Positions 1-10,600 of a DNA stretch of 64,000 bases are shown one piece after another (within the stretch, counting starts at the first letter, position 1; every line of letters starts with the position of its first letter). The DNA comes from an uncultured bacterium (GTDB lineage: Bacteria > Cyanobacteriota > Cyanobacteriia > Thermostichales > Thermostichaceae). The DNA lies in assembly GCA_964443615.1 (NCBI GenBank), contig CAYUEE010000002.1:32076-96075 (forward strand), in the 5' to 3' direction. The notes beneath the pieces were generated by a model. It did no database searches and was not told the DNA's origin. It saw only the letters and a program-made list of their open reading frames with translations. A program made the translations under genes and the position numbers.

Positions 1-130
1 CCTGGTGAAAATCACGGGCTGTGAGCCACACCTGCCATCCTTTAGTCGCCAACTGTCGACAAACTTCAAACCCTAACCCCCGGTTGGCCCCAGTCACCAG
101 AGCGACCCGAGGATCCGTTGCCCTACTCAT
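1..130 (-). CDS. Short-chain dehydrogenase/reductase (SDR), N-terminal fragment truncated by the window edge
   Basis: Reverse translation from ATG at 130-128 gives [43 protein letters not shown]. This contains the TGxxxGxG Rossmann motif of classical SDRs. It is absent from the ORF track because it is truncated. Confidence 0.6.
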   Translation of the reverse strand, partial: MSRATDPRVALVTGANRGLGFEVCRQLATKGWQVWLTARDFHQ

Positions 131-138
131 CATTGATT

Positions 139-220
139 AATCAGCTCAATCAGCTCAATCAACTGGCTCAATCAACTCAATCCAACTCAATCAACTTAAT
201 CCAACTCAATCAACTGGCTC
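139..220. repeat. Degenerate 9-13 bp tandem repeat (AATCAACTC-like units, about 8 copies)
   Basis: Direct reading gives aatcagctc aatcagctc aatcaactggctc aatcaactc aatccaactc aatcaactt aatccaactc aatcaactggctc. It lies between the ndhE stop and the SDR start. Confidence 0.75.
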
Positions 221-253
221 AAGCACTCTAGGATCCCTCTCAAGGCCAGGATC

Positions 254-562
254 CTACCACTTCAACAGGTTGAAACTCTCCATATCAATCGTGGAGCGGT
301 TCCGGTAGATACCCAAAACGATAGCCAATCCAACCGCCGCTTCCGCCGCCGCCACCGTAATCACAAAGACGGAAAACACCTGACCTCGGATGTTGGCAGA
401 ATCCAGAAAATTTGAAAAGGCAATAAAGTTAAGGTTGACAGCATTCAACATCAACTCAATCGACATCAACACACGAATTGCGTTGCGGCTGACAATAAGA
501 CCAAAGATACCGACACAGAACAAAATGGCGGCAACAATTAAGAAAAATTCCAGCTGTAGCAT
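254..562 (-). CDS. ndhE: NAD(P)H-quinone oxidoreductase subunit 4L (NDH-1 NdhE / NuoK)
   Basis: 102 aa with three TM helices. The sequence is typical of NuoK/NdhE ([17 protein letters not shown]...[17 protein letters not shown]). It lies immediately downstream of ndhG. Confidence 0.95.
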   Translation of the reverse strand: MLQLEFFLIVAAILFCVGIFGLIVSRNAIRVLMSIELMLNAVNLNFIAFSNFLDSANIRGQVFSVFVITVAAAEAAVGLAIVLGIYRNRSTIDMESFNLLKW

Positions 563-637
563 CAGATCACTCTCCTGTTCACACTGTCCACGTCTAGTCC
601 CTCGCGGGATCCTTCTCTCTCTCAGATTTGAAGTGGG

Positions 638-1273
638 TTAGGATCCTTCCGTCTCACCACTCACCTGCAACTGAGGCCGGGACCGTTCCAACAGATTGAG
701 GTCACCACCAGCATCTTCAGCCGTCTCTTCCGGAAGGCTCTCGGGCACAAACTCACGTCGCGCCAGCACAATCGCACCGATTAACGCCATCAACAACAGG
801 ACCGAAGCAACCTCAAAAGGCAACAGATAATCACTGAAAAAGTGGCCCCCCATCAATAAAATGCTGTTCACCGCCTCAACCGGAGCAAAGGACCAGGGCG
901 TCTGCGTAATCATCGTGGTCAACAGGGCAAACAAACCCAAACACACTGAGGCCGTCACCCCATTGCGTAACCACCCCAGCTTGACGGGGGCAAATGTGTA
1001 GCTGCGATTCACTAACATGATGGCGAAAAGAATCAAAACGTTGACCGCCCCCACATAGATGAGTACCTGGGCCGCTGCGACAAAATCGGCATTGAGCAGG
1101 AGGTAGAGACCCGCCATACTCAGAAACACACCGCCCAAGAGAAACCCCGAGTAGACGATGTTAGGTGAGAGCACCACACCCAATGCAAATCCGATGGCGG
1201 TCACCGAGAGAATGCCAAACGATAGAATCTGTACACCTTCTGCCAGCGTCACGTGTGTTCTCCTTGGAGTCAA
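638..1273 (-). CDS. ndhG: NAD(P)H-quinone oxidoreductase subunit 6 (NDH-1 NdhG / NuoJ)
   Basis: 211 aa hydrophobic protein with the NuoJ-like core (AAAQVLIYVGAVNVLILFAIMLV) and an acidic C-terminal tail. It is adjacent to ndhE. Confidence 0.9.
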   Translation of the reverse strand: MTPRRTHVTLAEGVQILSFGILSVTAIGFALGVVLSPNIVYSGFLLGGVFLSMAGLYLLLNADFVAAAQVLIYVGAVNVLILFAIMLVNRSYTFAPVKLGWLRNGVTASVCLGLFALLTTMITQTPWSFAPVEAVNSILLMGGHFFSDYLLPFEVASVLLLMALIGAIVLARREFVPESLPEETAEDAGGDLNLLERSRPQLQVSGETEGS

Positions 1274-1398
1274 TCCTGTGGGAAGTCAATCCTGTGTCTG
1301 CGCCTAACCCTGAATTGGGAGACCCGAGTTGTGATGACACGGATCCTGTCCATCAAGGCTTACTACAGGGTAATCATAAAACTTAATGCCGTGGAGTT

Positions 1399-2364
1399 CT
1401 ACTCCTCTGCGATGGCCTCGGCAAAACAACACCGCCCCATCGAGAGATCAAACAGATGAAAGCCATAGGTCTCAGAGAGCTCCTCAAACACCCGCAGCCC
1501 CCGCACGCTATTCCCTCGCTCATCCAGTAGGGGCGAAAAGACCGCAATCCCCGCCTCGTTGGGGACCACAGCTAAGAGGCCGCCAGACACGCCACTTTTC
1601 GCTGGAATACCCACTCGATAGGCCCACTCACCCGCAAAGTTGTACATGCCGCAGGTGTACATCACACTCAGGATGTCCCGAATGTAGTCCTGATGGACCG
1701 CCTGTTCCCCCGTCAAAGGATTCTGCCCCCGGTTGGCTAGGGTCGCCGCCATAACCGCTAAATCTTGACAGGTGACGAGGACTGAACACTGGCGAAAATA
1801 CAAATCCAACGCTTCATCAATGTCGCCCTCTAACATGCCAAAGTTGACCATCAGATGAGCCATAGCTCGGTTGCGATGCCCAGTCGCTCGTTCCGAGACG
1901 AAAACAGAGTCATCCACGTAGACATCATGACCCGTGTAGCGCTTGAACATGGCCAGCAGTTGTCGAATTCGCTCGCTAGCATTTGCGCCAGGGAGTAAAC
2001 CCGTAGTTGCGATTGCCCCCGAATTGACCATGGGATTATAGGGGCGCTTCGACGTTTCATCGAGCCGAATTAAGGAATTAAACGGATCCCCTGTTGGCTC
2101 TACACCGACCTTTTGCAGAACGGCCTCTCGCCCTAAAAGGTCCAGCACCATGCCATAGACAACGATTTTAGAGATTGATTGAATCGTGAACTTTTGCTCC
2201 ACATTACCGACATGAAACTGTTGGCCATTGATGGTCACAACACTGATCGCAAACCAACTAGGATCCGCTTTAGCTAGTTCAGGGATATAGCTAGCAACCT
2301 TACCATCCTCAAGATTGATATATTTTTGATATAAAGAATCGAGAAAATGAGTAAAAGGAGTCAT
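1399..2364 (-). CDS. glsA: Glutaminase A
   Basis: 321 aa with [23 protein letters not shown]...FTIQSISKI...NPMVNSGAI...[12 protein letters not shown]. This is the serine-dependent glutaminase signature set. Confidence 0.95.
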   Translation of the reverse strand: MTPFTHFLDSLYQKYINLEDGKVASYIPELAKADPSWFAISVVTINGQQFHVGNVEQKFTIQSISKIVVYGMVLDLLGREAVLQKVGVEPTGDPFNSLIRLDETSKRPYNPMVNSGAIATTGLLPGANASERIRQLLAMFKRYTGHDVYVDDSVFVSERATGHRNRAMAHLMVNFGMLEGDIDEALDLYFRQCSVLVTCQDLAVMAATLANRGQNPLTGEQAVHQDYIRDILSVMYTCGMYNFAGEWAYRVGIPAKSGVSGGLLAVVPNEAGIAVFSPLLDERGNSVRGLRVFEELSETYGFHLFDLSMGRCCFAEAIAEE

Positions 2365-2381
2365 TGGGAGGCCTCAGTTCA

Positions 2382-3128
2382 TCACGATAAGTAAATAACT
2401 TCAGGACGAATAAATCCATCTGTAGCATCAGCTAAGCCCGCCAAAATAAACTGAAACCCGATCGCACTCAGGAGTAAGCCAAACATGCGTAGGCCAATAT
2501 CTAAGCCGATTTCGTTGACAAATGTCTTTAATGTCTCACCCAGGAGTAGACAGACTAGCACGATAATGGCTGTTCCTCCGATCACGCCCATCAAACCCAG
2601 AAAGGTCGCCTGATCATGGGCCTGACCAGCATAGATGATCACAGTACTAATCGATCCAGGCCCTACAAAGATAGGAACACAGAGTGGGACAATAATTTTG
2701 CCAAAGTCAGACAGAGCTTCTTGCCATAATGCCGCCACAGTCATCGGTGAGTTCTCTGAAGGATCACAGGTCAAGCTTTGACGATCCTGCTGACATTGTT
2801 CATCCACTTCAGAGGCAATGGCCTGCTTTTGTTTGATTGACTGGCCTTGAGTCATGCCAATTCCAATTAAAAGGAGCAAAACACCTCCACTCAGTTGAAA
2901 AGCAGCCAATGAGAGGCCAAAAAAGTGTAAAACAGCCTGCCCTGTGACTAGAAATAGAAGCAGGAGTAGTGTCACTGTAATGGCGGTGAGTGCAGCCAAC
3001 AGTCTTTGGATAGAAGGGCGATATGTGCTGGTGTAGGCCACAAACAGTAGCATATTTCCCACAGGGTTAACGATGGCCACTAGGGCTGCTGCAAAGTTAC
3101 TGATCAATGTCCATTCCATAATGCCCAT
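2382..3128 (-). CDS. MarC-family (UPF0056) integral membrane protein
   Basis: 248 aa multi-pass membrane protein with an N-terminal NPVGN motif, typical of the MarC family. It has a hydrophilic central loop. Confidence 0.75.
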   Translation of the reverse strand: MGIMEWTLISNFAAALVAIVNPVGNMLLFVAYTSTYRPSIQRLLAALTAITVTLLLLLFLVTGQAVLHFFGLSLAAFQLSGGVLLLLIGIGMTQGQSIKQKQAIASEVDEQCQQDRQSLTCDPSENSPMTVAALWQEALSDFGKIIVPLCVPIFVGPGSISTVIIYAGQAHDQATFLGLMGVIGGTAIIVLVCLLLGETLKTFVNEIGLDIGLRMFGLLLSAIGFQFILAGLADATDGFIRPEVIYLS

Positions 3129-3153
3129 CCCATAATGCCCATCCCATAATGCC
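3116..3153. repeat. 14-bp tandem repeat (CCATAATGCCCATC, about 2.7 copies) overlapping the MarC-family start codon
   Basis: Direct reading of 3116-3153. Each unit carries ATG on the minus strand. Confidence 0.8.
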
Positions 3154-3647
3154 AGTACTGATGTAAAGCCCTATTAGGGATTAATCTGATCGTAGATCTA
3201 AGGATCTGGAGAAGGATCCTTACAGTCGTCTAGCTCGGTTATGAGCCCTTAGGTTTATACCCCATAACCTAAACAACTTCAAGCACAACGTTACTGTCAC
3301 TTCAAAAGCGTTAAATTGACTCGCTGATTCCAGGCTCTTGAGCCATATCGATCATACTAGCCTCAGGATCCGTGCTGCACTCTTCAATCAGAGCCATCGA
3401 AAATTCTCCAAAAATTTTGAATCAGTAGTCGGTAATGGCCGTATAGATCTCCATCAGGGAAAAGAACGGATACCGGATTGCCATCTCCTCTGGCCTAAAT
3501 CTCTGGTAATCAAAGATCAATAAAAAGATCAATAATCTGTCGAGGGCACCGGCTCTGACCCATTCGGATCCCTACTTCATCTCAGCGTCAGGAGGAAGGT
3601 GTCACTTGGATTGGGCTGGAGTACTCATAACAGCCTAGAGATAAGAA

Positions 3648-4775
3648 ATGTACGATCAACTTAGCCCTGCTATCGTTGTGATGGTTGGTGATGGTGAGGT
3701 TATGAGGGAGAACGAGGTGCATTCGCGGCGAGCGGAGGCTAGCGTTGAGCTGTCGATTGTGTTGCCCTGCTACAACGAAGCTGAGAATCTGGATTATCTA
3801 TTTGAACGGTTGACGTCGGTGTTAGCTCGTCTGCCCCTGACCTATGAAATTGTGTGTGTCAACGATGGGAGTCAGGACGAGACGTGGCTGCGACTTCGGG
3901 AACATCACCATCGGGATCCGCACATCAAAGTGGTGAATTTTTCGCGAAACTTTGGCAAGGAAATTGCGCTGACAGCGGGGATTGATTTCACCCAGGGAGC
4001 GGCGGTCATTCCGTTGGATGCTGATTTACAGGATCCGCCCGAACTCATCCCCGATATGGTGGCGCTGTGGCAGCAGGGGTATGACGTGGTGTACGGTGTG
4101 CGTCGAAGTCGGCAAGGGGAGAGCTGGTTGAAACGGTTGACGGCGAATATGTTCTACCGCTTCCTGTCCCGACTGAGCCGGGTGCCTATTCCGAGAAATA
4201 CGGGTGACTTTAGGTTAATGGATCGAAAAGTAGTGCATGCCATTCAACAGATGCGGGAGCGGACCCGGTTCATGAAGGGGATCTTTGCTTGGGTGGGGTA
4301 TAACCAGACAGCCCTCTACTATGATCGAGCCCCTCGGTATCAAGGACAGACAAAATGGAACTACTGGCGGTTGTGGAACTTAGCCGTAGAGGGAATTACG
4401 TCGTTTAGTTCTGTGCCATTGCGGGTGTGGAGTTATGTGGGGGTGAGTATCTCGGGGTTGGCGTTTTTGTATGCCTGTGTCCTGATCATGCGGACGTTGA
4501 TTCACGGTGTGGATGTCCCAGGATATGCATCGCTGCTGGTGATTGTATTATTTTTGGGTGGAATTCAATTGTTGAGTTTAGGGATCATGGGCGAGTATCT
4601 GGGCCGGATTTTTGAAGAGGTGAAGGAGCGGCCTCTATACCTGGTGCGGGATAGCTACGGGTTTGAAGACATGGAGCCTCAATCACCGCCTCAATCACCT
4701 CGCTCGACTTATGTCCCGCAGCGGTCGACACCGCACTCTGGATCCTCCTCAAATGGATATCCTCGGGAGGCATAA
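3648..4775 (+). CDS. Family 2 glycosyltransferase (polyprenyl-phosphate sugar transferase, ArnC/DPM1-like) with C-terminal TM helices
   Basis: LSIVLPCYNEAENL...VNDGSQDET...DADLQDPPE (a DxD-type motif), followed by two TM helices. The start is uncertain; ATG at 3702 is an alternative. Confidence 0.9.
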   Translation: MYDQLSPAIVVMVGDGEVMRENEVHSRRAEASVELSIVLPCYNEAENLDYLFERLTSVLARLPLTYEIVCVNDGSQDETWLRLREHHHRDPHIKVVNFSRNFGKEIALTAGIDFTQGAAVIPLDADLQDPPELIPDMVALWQQGYDVVYGVRRSRQGESWLKRLTANMFYRFLSRLSRVPIPRNTGDFRLMDRKVVHAIQQMRERTRFMKGIFAWVGYNQTALYYDRAPRYQGQTKWNYWRLWNLAVEGITSFSSVPLRVWSYVGVSISGLAFLYACVLIMRTLIHGVDVPGYASLLVIVLFLGGIQLLSLGIMGEYLGRIFEEVKERPLYLVRDSYGFEDMEPQSPPQSPRSTYVPQRSTPHSGSSSNGYPREA

Positions 4776-6637
4776 TGGTAGCGACACCTCAGCGGCGATC
4801 GACAGGGTTGATGTGGGGATCCTGGGGAATTGGGATCCTGGTGTGGGTAGTGCTGACGGGGTGGGTAATCTGGCCCATGATTGAGAATAGTTACCCCAAT
4901 ACGCACTCGACACAGTTCAATCTCAGCTGGAGTTTTCAGTATCAGCGCCAGTTTTTCAGTGGTCAGTTTTACCCTCGATGGCTGGAGTTTTCCAATTTCG
5001 GATTTGGCAATGCCACGTTTGCCTTCTATCCTCCGCTGTGTATGGTAGCGACCTTGCCGTTTCGAGCTCTGGGATTAGGGATCGGAGCCTCATTGATCGC
5101 CAGCATGGGCTTAGCTGTGGGAGGGTTGGGCTTGGGTTTGTTCCTCTATGCACGTCAGTTTTTCCCGGTGTGGATTGCACTCGGTGTCGCTGGGATGGGG
5201 ATGACCTCGCCGTATTTTCTGGTGGATATTTATCAGCGGGGGGCGATTGGAGAAGTGTGGGCGATTGTGACGTTGCCCTGGATCCTATGGGGGTCGCAAT
5301 TAGTTGTGTCGAAGCCGCAGCGGCTCTGGCCGATTGGGGTGTTGGCCTTGGCTTACGGGTGTTTAGTCTTGTCCCATCTGCCGACTTTGTTACTGTTTAC
5401 CCTTGTCTGGATCCTTTACCCGATTGTGTTAGCACCACAAGGATCCTTTTGGTCAACCCTGATTCGTTGTTATGGCGGAGCGGCACTTGCGTTTGGGTGG
5501 ACTGCCTTTTACCTGTGGCCAGCTGCCGTAGACCAACGGTTTATTCAAGTCGGATCTGTTAATGCGTTGGATGACTATGTGCCCCAGAATCGGTTGATGG
5601 TGGATGGGATCCTGCAGTTGCAACCACAATTGACAACTCACTGGTTTGAAACGGGCTTATTGAACACATGGTGGGTGATGGTCGGCAGTTTTGGGGTTGC
5701 GGCTGTGGTCCTCCTCGGGCTCTGGATGTTCAATCGATCCTCAGGATCCTCAGAGTCATCAGGATCCTCAGAGTCATCACCGGCAGAGGCTTCCGCAATA
5801 GTGTGGGATCCTCACTTTCAACGGGCGAGGATCTATTGGGTGGGGATTGGGATCCTGACAGTGTTGATGATGACAGATGTGTTGAGCTGGAGTTATCGCC
5901 TGATAGTGGTGTTGCAACGGATCCAGTTTTCCTGGCGGTGGATGGGGATCACGACAATCTTGATGCCGATGGTGGTGGGCAGTATCTTGTTTGTCGCTTG
6001 GCATCTGAGGGGACGTCAGGCTTGGTTAACAGGCGTGTTAGCTGTGATGGTATTGGGGGCGATGGGGGTGAGTGCGTGGCAGGGAGCCCAGATTTTAGAT
6101 AAGGCTCTCTTTGTCCCTCGGGATATTGCCGTGTTTGAAGAATTAGCCGCAGAGAAGCAATTTCCCTTTGAACCCGAGCAACGACCGGGTAATCCCTTCA
6201 TCCACTGGCACTGGATTTTCGCGGATGGCTTAGCTCTAGTGGATGTGCCGGAATATCGAGCGCGGGGCGTGGTGAAGGGGATGCCACCGGCGGAGGCGGA
6301 TCCGTTGTTGCAATGGGTGGGAGAGGTTGAGGGTGATTTGAGTGTGGATCGGTGGGACTTTGGGATCCGAGAGTTTGTGGCGATTAATGAAACGTCAATG
6401 CCGCACTCAGTGCTACTGCGTACCTTTTATTATCCGGCCTGGCGCACTCGCTTAAATGGTCAATGGGTTCCCACAGAGCAGAGTCCGGAAGGGCGGGTGA
6501 TGGTCACCATTCCCCCCGGTGAGCATAGGGTAGCAGTGATGTACCTGGGCACGTTGATGGATTGGATTGGGCGTGTGGCGACGGGGTTGACAGGAGTTGG
6601 GATCCTGGGTGGGGTGTGGATCCTGAAGCACCGATAG
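4775..6637 (+). CDS. Large polytopic membrane protein, probable glycosyltransferase partner (ArnT/PMT-like topology)
   Basis: 620 aa with more than 10 predicted TM helices and a soluble C-terminal domain. Its start overlaps the GT2 stop (ATAATG). Family assignment rests on context and topology only. Confidence 0.7.
   Translation: MVATPQRRSTGLMWGSWGIGILVWVVLTGWVIWPMIENSYPNTHSTQFNLSWSFQYQRQFFSGQFYPRWLEFSNFGFGNATFAFYPPLCMVATLPFRALGLGIGASLIASMGLAVGGLGLGLFLYARQFFPVWIALGVAGMGMTSPYFLVDIYQRGAIGEVWAIVTLPWILWGSQLVVSKPQRLWPIGVLALAYGCLVLSHLPTLLLFTLVWILYPIVLAPQGSFWSTLIRCYGGAALAFGWTAFYLWPAAVDQRFIQVGSVNALDDYVPQNRLMVDGILQLQPQLTTHWFETGLLNTWWVMVGSFGVAAVVLLGLWMFNRSSGSSESSGSSESSPAEASAIVWDPHFQRARIYWVGIGILTVLMMTDVLSWSYRLIVVLQRIQFSWRWMGITTILMPMVVGSILFVAWHLRGRQAWLTGVLAVMVLGAMGVSAWQGAQILDKALFVPRDIAVFEELAAEKQFPFEPEQRPGNPFIHWHWIFADGLALVDVPEYRARGVVKGMPPAEADPLLQWVGEVEGDLSVDRWDFGIREFVAINETSMPHSVLLRTFYYPAWRTRLNGQWVPTEQSPEGRVMVTIPPGEHRVAVMYLGTLMDWIGRVATGLTGVGILGGVWILKHR
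5741..5776 (+). repeat. Perfect 18-bp tandem duplication inside the CDS (encodes SSGSSE SSGSSE)
   Basis: tcaggatcctcagagtca occurs twice in tandem. Each copy contains GGATCC. Confidence 0.9.
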
Positions 6638-6862
6638 TTGAAAAATACACGGGGTAGTCGTGGCTTTTCTATAATAGTGTTTGGAGGGAAAGAGGATTGG
6701 TTATCAACCCGGAAGGAGTTATCAGAGTGGCTTGAGTACACCACGGGAGAATTCAGACTGAAGATGCTACCTGGAAATCACATGTTCTGTCTCAGTCATA
6801 GGGACATGTTGATCCAGGAGCTCTTGAGAACTTTGATCCAACACCATCCTCCTCATGAGTGA
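6638..6862 (+). pseudogene. C-terminal remnant of a type II thioesterase / alpha-beta hydrolase
   Basis: The 74-aa ORF reads ...IIVFGGKEDWLSTRKELSEWLEYTTGEFRLKMLPGNHMFCLSH... This matches the C-terminal GGxxD...W...PGxHFF region of thioesterase domains. The N-terminal GxSxG catalytic part is missing. Confidence 0.45.
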
Positions 6863-6904
6863 TCCACTAGGCTTTAGACTAGGAGGACGAACTCAGCACA
6901 TACT

Positions 6905-7672
6905 ATGACGGATTCTCCCACAGCCTTAACTCCCACAGATCTCCTCTACGAGGGCAAAGCAAAACGGGTCTATCGCACCACGGATCCTGACCTACTCATC
7001 TGCGAATATAAAGATGATGCCACTGCTTTCAATTCCCAGAAGAAAGGATCCATTGACCTCAAAGGGGAAGTTAATTGTACAGTTGCTTCGCGTATCTTCA
7101 CTTATTTGCAGACAGCAGGGATTCCGACCCACTTTATCGCCCAACCCTTTCCTCGGCAGATGGTTGTTAAACCTGTTCAGATTATCCTCATTGAAGTGGT
7201 AGTGCGCAATCGTGCTGCGGGCACCCTCTGTAAACGATTGGGGCTGGAACGAGGATCCGTTATTGCCCCTCCTCTAGTCGAGTTTTTCTATAAAAATGAT
7301 GCGTTAGGGGATCCTTTAATCACTCCTGATCACGTACAGTTATTGAACTTAGCGACATCCACTCAAGTGGACCGTCTCCGTTCTTTAGCATTAGGTATTA
7401 ATCAACATCTACGCTCTTTTTTCCGCGACTGTGATCTGGAATTAATCGACTTCAAACTAGAATTTGGGACAGATAGTTCGGGCTCCATTCTCCTGGCTGA
7501 TGAAATTAGCCCAGATACCTGCCGCCTCTGGGATTTACGCACTCCTCCAGGATCCGAACCTCGTGTCCTGGACAAGGATCTCTTCCGATTTGATTTAGGG
7601 GATCCGGTGGCAGGTTATCAAGAAGTATTGCAGCGAGTGTTGGCGCAGGATAAGGATCCTGCAATCAGTTAA
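6905..7672 (+). CDS. purC: Phosphoribosylaminoimidazole-succinocarboxamide (SAICAR) synthase
   Basis: 255 aa with [11 protein letters not shown]...EVVVRN...[14 protein letters not shown], typical of PurC. Confidence 0.95.
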   Translation: MTDSPTALTPTDLLYEGKAKRVYRTTDPDLLICEYKDDATAFNSQKKGSIDLKGEVNCTVASRIFTYLQTAGIPTHFIAQPFPRQMVVKPVQIILIEVVVRNRAAGTLCKRLGLERGSVIAPPLVEFFYKNDALGDPLITPDHVQLLNLATSTQVDRLRSLALGINQHLRSFFRDCDLELIDFKLEFGTDSSGSILLADEISPDTCRLWDLRTPPGSEPRVLDKDLFRFDLGDPVAGYQEVLQRVLAQDKDPAIS

Positions 7673-10600
7673 CGGTTTGGAGTGTGGATCCACTAGCGGA
7701 TTCTTTAAGCGCGAAAGCCATCTTTTCCAACCATTGGATTAAGCTTTCTAACTGTTTTGCAGGGGGTAATTGACCTAACCCTCGGACAACAACTTTGGGA
7801 TTTCGACCACCTTGGTAAACAAAGCGGGATTGGAGATGATTAGGTAAGGCCTCCTTCAACCGTTGCCATGCTGGTTCAGCCATAGGAGTTTCCAGTATCA
7901 CATGTTCCTTGTCTGGACGAATCCGAGCAAAGCCAAGGGATTTGGCGATGTGTTTGAGTTCCATAATGCGAAAAAGTTCTTCCGTAGGTTTGGGTAAGGA
8001 TCCGTAGCGTTCGATCCACTCTGAGGAGATTTGGTAGAGTTCTACTCTAGAATTGCCGGTAGCAACTTGACGATAAGCTTTCATTTTTTGGTCGCCATCG
8101 GGAATATAGGTTTGCGGAATCATGGCAGTGACTTTCAAATCAACTCGAGTGTCGTCTACCGCTGGAATCTCTTGACCCCGGATTTCTTTAATGGCTTCTT
8201 GGAGCATGTCCATGTAGAGATCAAACCCAACAGCGTTGACTTGACCTGATTGTTCTGTGCCTAATAGGTTACCGACCCCTCGAATTTCCATGTCTCGCAT
8301 GGCCAGTTGATAGCCGGATCCGAGTTGAGTGAACTCTTGAATCGCTCGGAGCCGTTTGCGGGCATCTTCACTGAGTTTGACTGCGTTATTGTAGAACAAC
8401 CACGCATGAGCTTGAATACCCGCTCGACCGACACGTCCCCGCAATTGATACAGTTGGGAGAGACCAAAGGCTTCTGCTTTTTCAATCAAAATGGTATTGA
8501 CACGAGGGATATCCAAACCAGATTCAACAATGGTGGTACACACGAGAATGTCAGTATCACCACTACTGAAGGTGAGCATTGTGGACTCCAGTTCACCCTC
8601 TTGCATTTGACCGTGTGCAATCGCAATCCGGGCACTCGGGATCATGTCACGGAGTTTACCCGCTACTTCTTCAATTCCCTCGACTCGATTGACTACGTAG
8701 AATATTTGACCACCACGGTCGAGCTCCTGCCGGACAGCGGTGCGAACAACTTCAGGATTGTAGGGGGATAGATGGGTCTTGATGGGACGACGTGATGGCG
8801 GTGGGGTAGTAATCAAACTCATCTCGCGGAGCCCGGACAGAGCCATGTAGAGGGTGCGAGGAATTGGGGTGGCAGTGAGGGTCAGGACATCCACTTGGGT
8901 TTTGAGGGCTTTGATTTTCTCTTTCTGGTTGACGCCGAACCGTTGCTCTTCATCAATCACGAGAAGTCCTAAATCTTTGAACTTAATCTCTTTGCCAAGA
9001 AGTTGATGAGTCCCCACAACGAGATCAATGTCTCCGGTGGCTAAGCGATTGAGGACATCACGCCGCTCTTCTCCTGTTCGGAAACGGTTCAATAGACCCA
9101 CTTGAATAGGATAGGGGGCATAGCGTTCTTTGAGATTATTGTAGTGTTGCTGCGTTAGGATCGTCGTTGGAGCCATGAAGGCCACTTGCTTGCCCGCCAC
9201 AACAGCTTTGAAAATCGCTCGAATTGCCACTTCTGTTTTGCCGAATCCCACATCCCCGCAGACTAGGCGATCCATCGGGAGTTCATTCTCCATATCCTGC
9301 TTGACGTCTTGAATGGATTTTAGTTGATCCGGCGTAGGCTGATAGGGGAAGGAGTCCTCCATCTCTTGCTGCCAAGGAGAATCAGTGGGATAGGCATATC
9401 CTCGCTGTTCAGCACGTTTGGCGTAAAGATCTAGCAGATCATGGGCAACTTTCTTGACGGCTTTTTCAACCTTACTTTTCGCCTTCTCCCACGATTTGCT
9501 CTCAAGCTTGTTCAAGGTGGGGGGGCGATCAGAGGTGGAGCGGTAGCGAGATAAGGAGTTCAATTGATCCGCTGCGACCCGGAGTAAACCATCTTGATAT
9601 TCAATTTTGAGATACTCACGACTACCCTCCGAGTTGGATAAGACTTCCATTCCCAGAAAGCGGCCAATCCCGTGGGCTTTGTGCACGACATAGTCCCCCA
9701 CTTGCAGTAAATTAGGATCCACCTGCTTCGAGGTCGCCCGCCGTCGCTTACGTACATAGCTAGCTGTCGCTAGGGTTCGCTGGCCAAAGAATTCTCGGTC
9801 CGTTAGAAGCAACATCCCCTCAGTGGGTAGGATAAATCCTTCAAGCTCAGCTAGGCCAGAATATTTCAAGGCAATGGGGGTCTGGGTTTCAACTAGCTTG
9901 TCAATAGCAGGAAAATCTTTAGGATTGGGGACGTATTGGGACGGGCAATCATGTTCTTGTAGGAGGGCAACGCCGCGAGAGGGCTGGGCTGAGGCCATCC
10001 AGACTTGAAATCCCTGTTTGCGCTGGTCTCGAATGAGTTTGGCGAGCTGACCAAACTGATGGGGGATGGCCGTCACGGATCGTGATTTGAAGTCAATATC
10101 GGATCCTGAGGCATCACTCAACTCAAAGGTGTAGATCCGCTTAAATGAAGCCAAGGATCCGAGGGCGGTATCAAAGGGTTTGTGAAAAGCTTTCAAGGCT
10201 GGCTCATTTTCAACCATCTGTCGGAATTGATCATCGGCGTGGGTGAGCCATTGCTGGCTATGGGCACGGGATTGATCGGGTTCATCGATGACAACAACGG
10301 TATCGGCAGGTAGATAGGCTCCCAATCCGACAGGATCCTCAAAGGCTAAGCCGAGGTAGCGACGGATCCCTTCAATTTCGTGTTCAGAGAGGAGGGCTTC
10401 GATCAAGGCATCAGGTAAGTCGGGGCGGTCTTGCAGGATGGGGGTGAGGAGAGCAGCATAGCTAGTGGGGGTAAGACTGAGCTCGGCAATCGGATCCTGG
10501 GAGCGCTGAGTAGAGGGGTCAAATTCGCGCAGTTTTTCTAGCTCATCACCGAACCACTCCAACCGGACTGGCCATTCAGAGGCAACGGGGTAGATGTCCA

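Noticed and set aside
3338-3540. A minus-strand frame of about 69 codons (LIFDYQRFRPEEMAIRYPFFSLMEIYTAITDY-stop-FKIFGEFSMALIEECSTDPEASMIDMAQEPGISESI) that is open except for one in-frame TGA. The antisense ORF at 3338-3523 appears in the track.
   Set aside because: No recognisable family, no start signal, and no selenocysteine-insertion context. It could be a decayed small gene, but the evidence is insufficient to annotate it.
8307-8771. Numerous ORFs of 60-190 aa overlapping long genes in other frames or strands. Examples: 390-641, 1386-1754, 4978-5562, 5668-6102, 8307-8771, 17493-17708, 23125-23616, 26331-26743, 36491-37365, 39678-40079, 41083-41622, 47765-48232, 54548-54841 and 63158-63662
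   Set aside because: Each lies inside a gene with clear family signatures. Their translations are low-complexity or Arg/Ser/Pro-rich, as is typical of off-frame reading, and they lack ribosome-binding signals.
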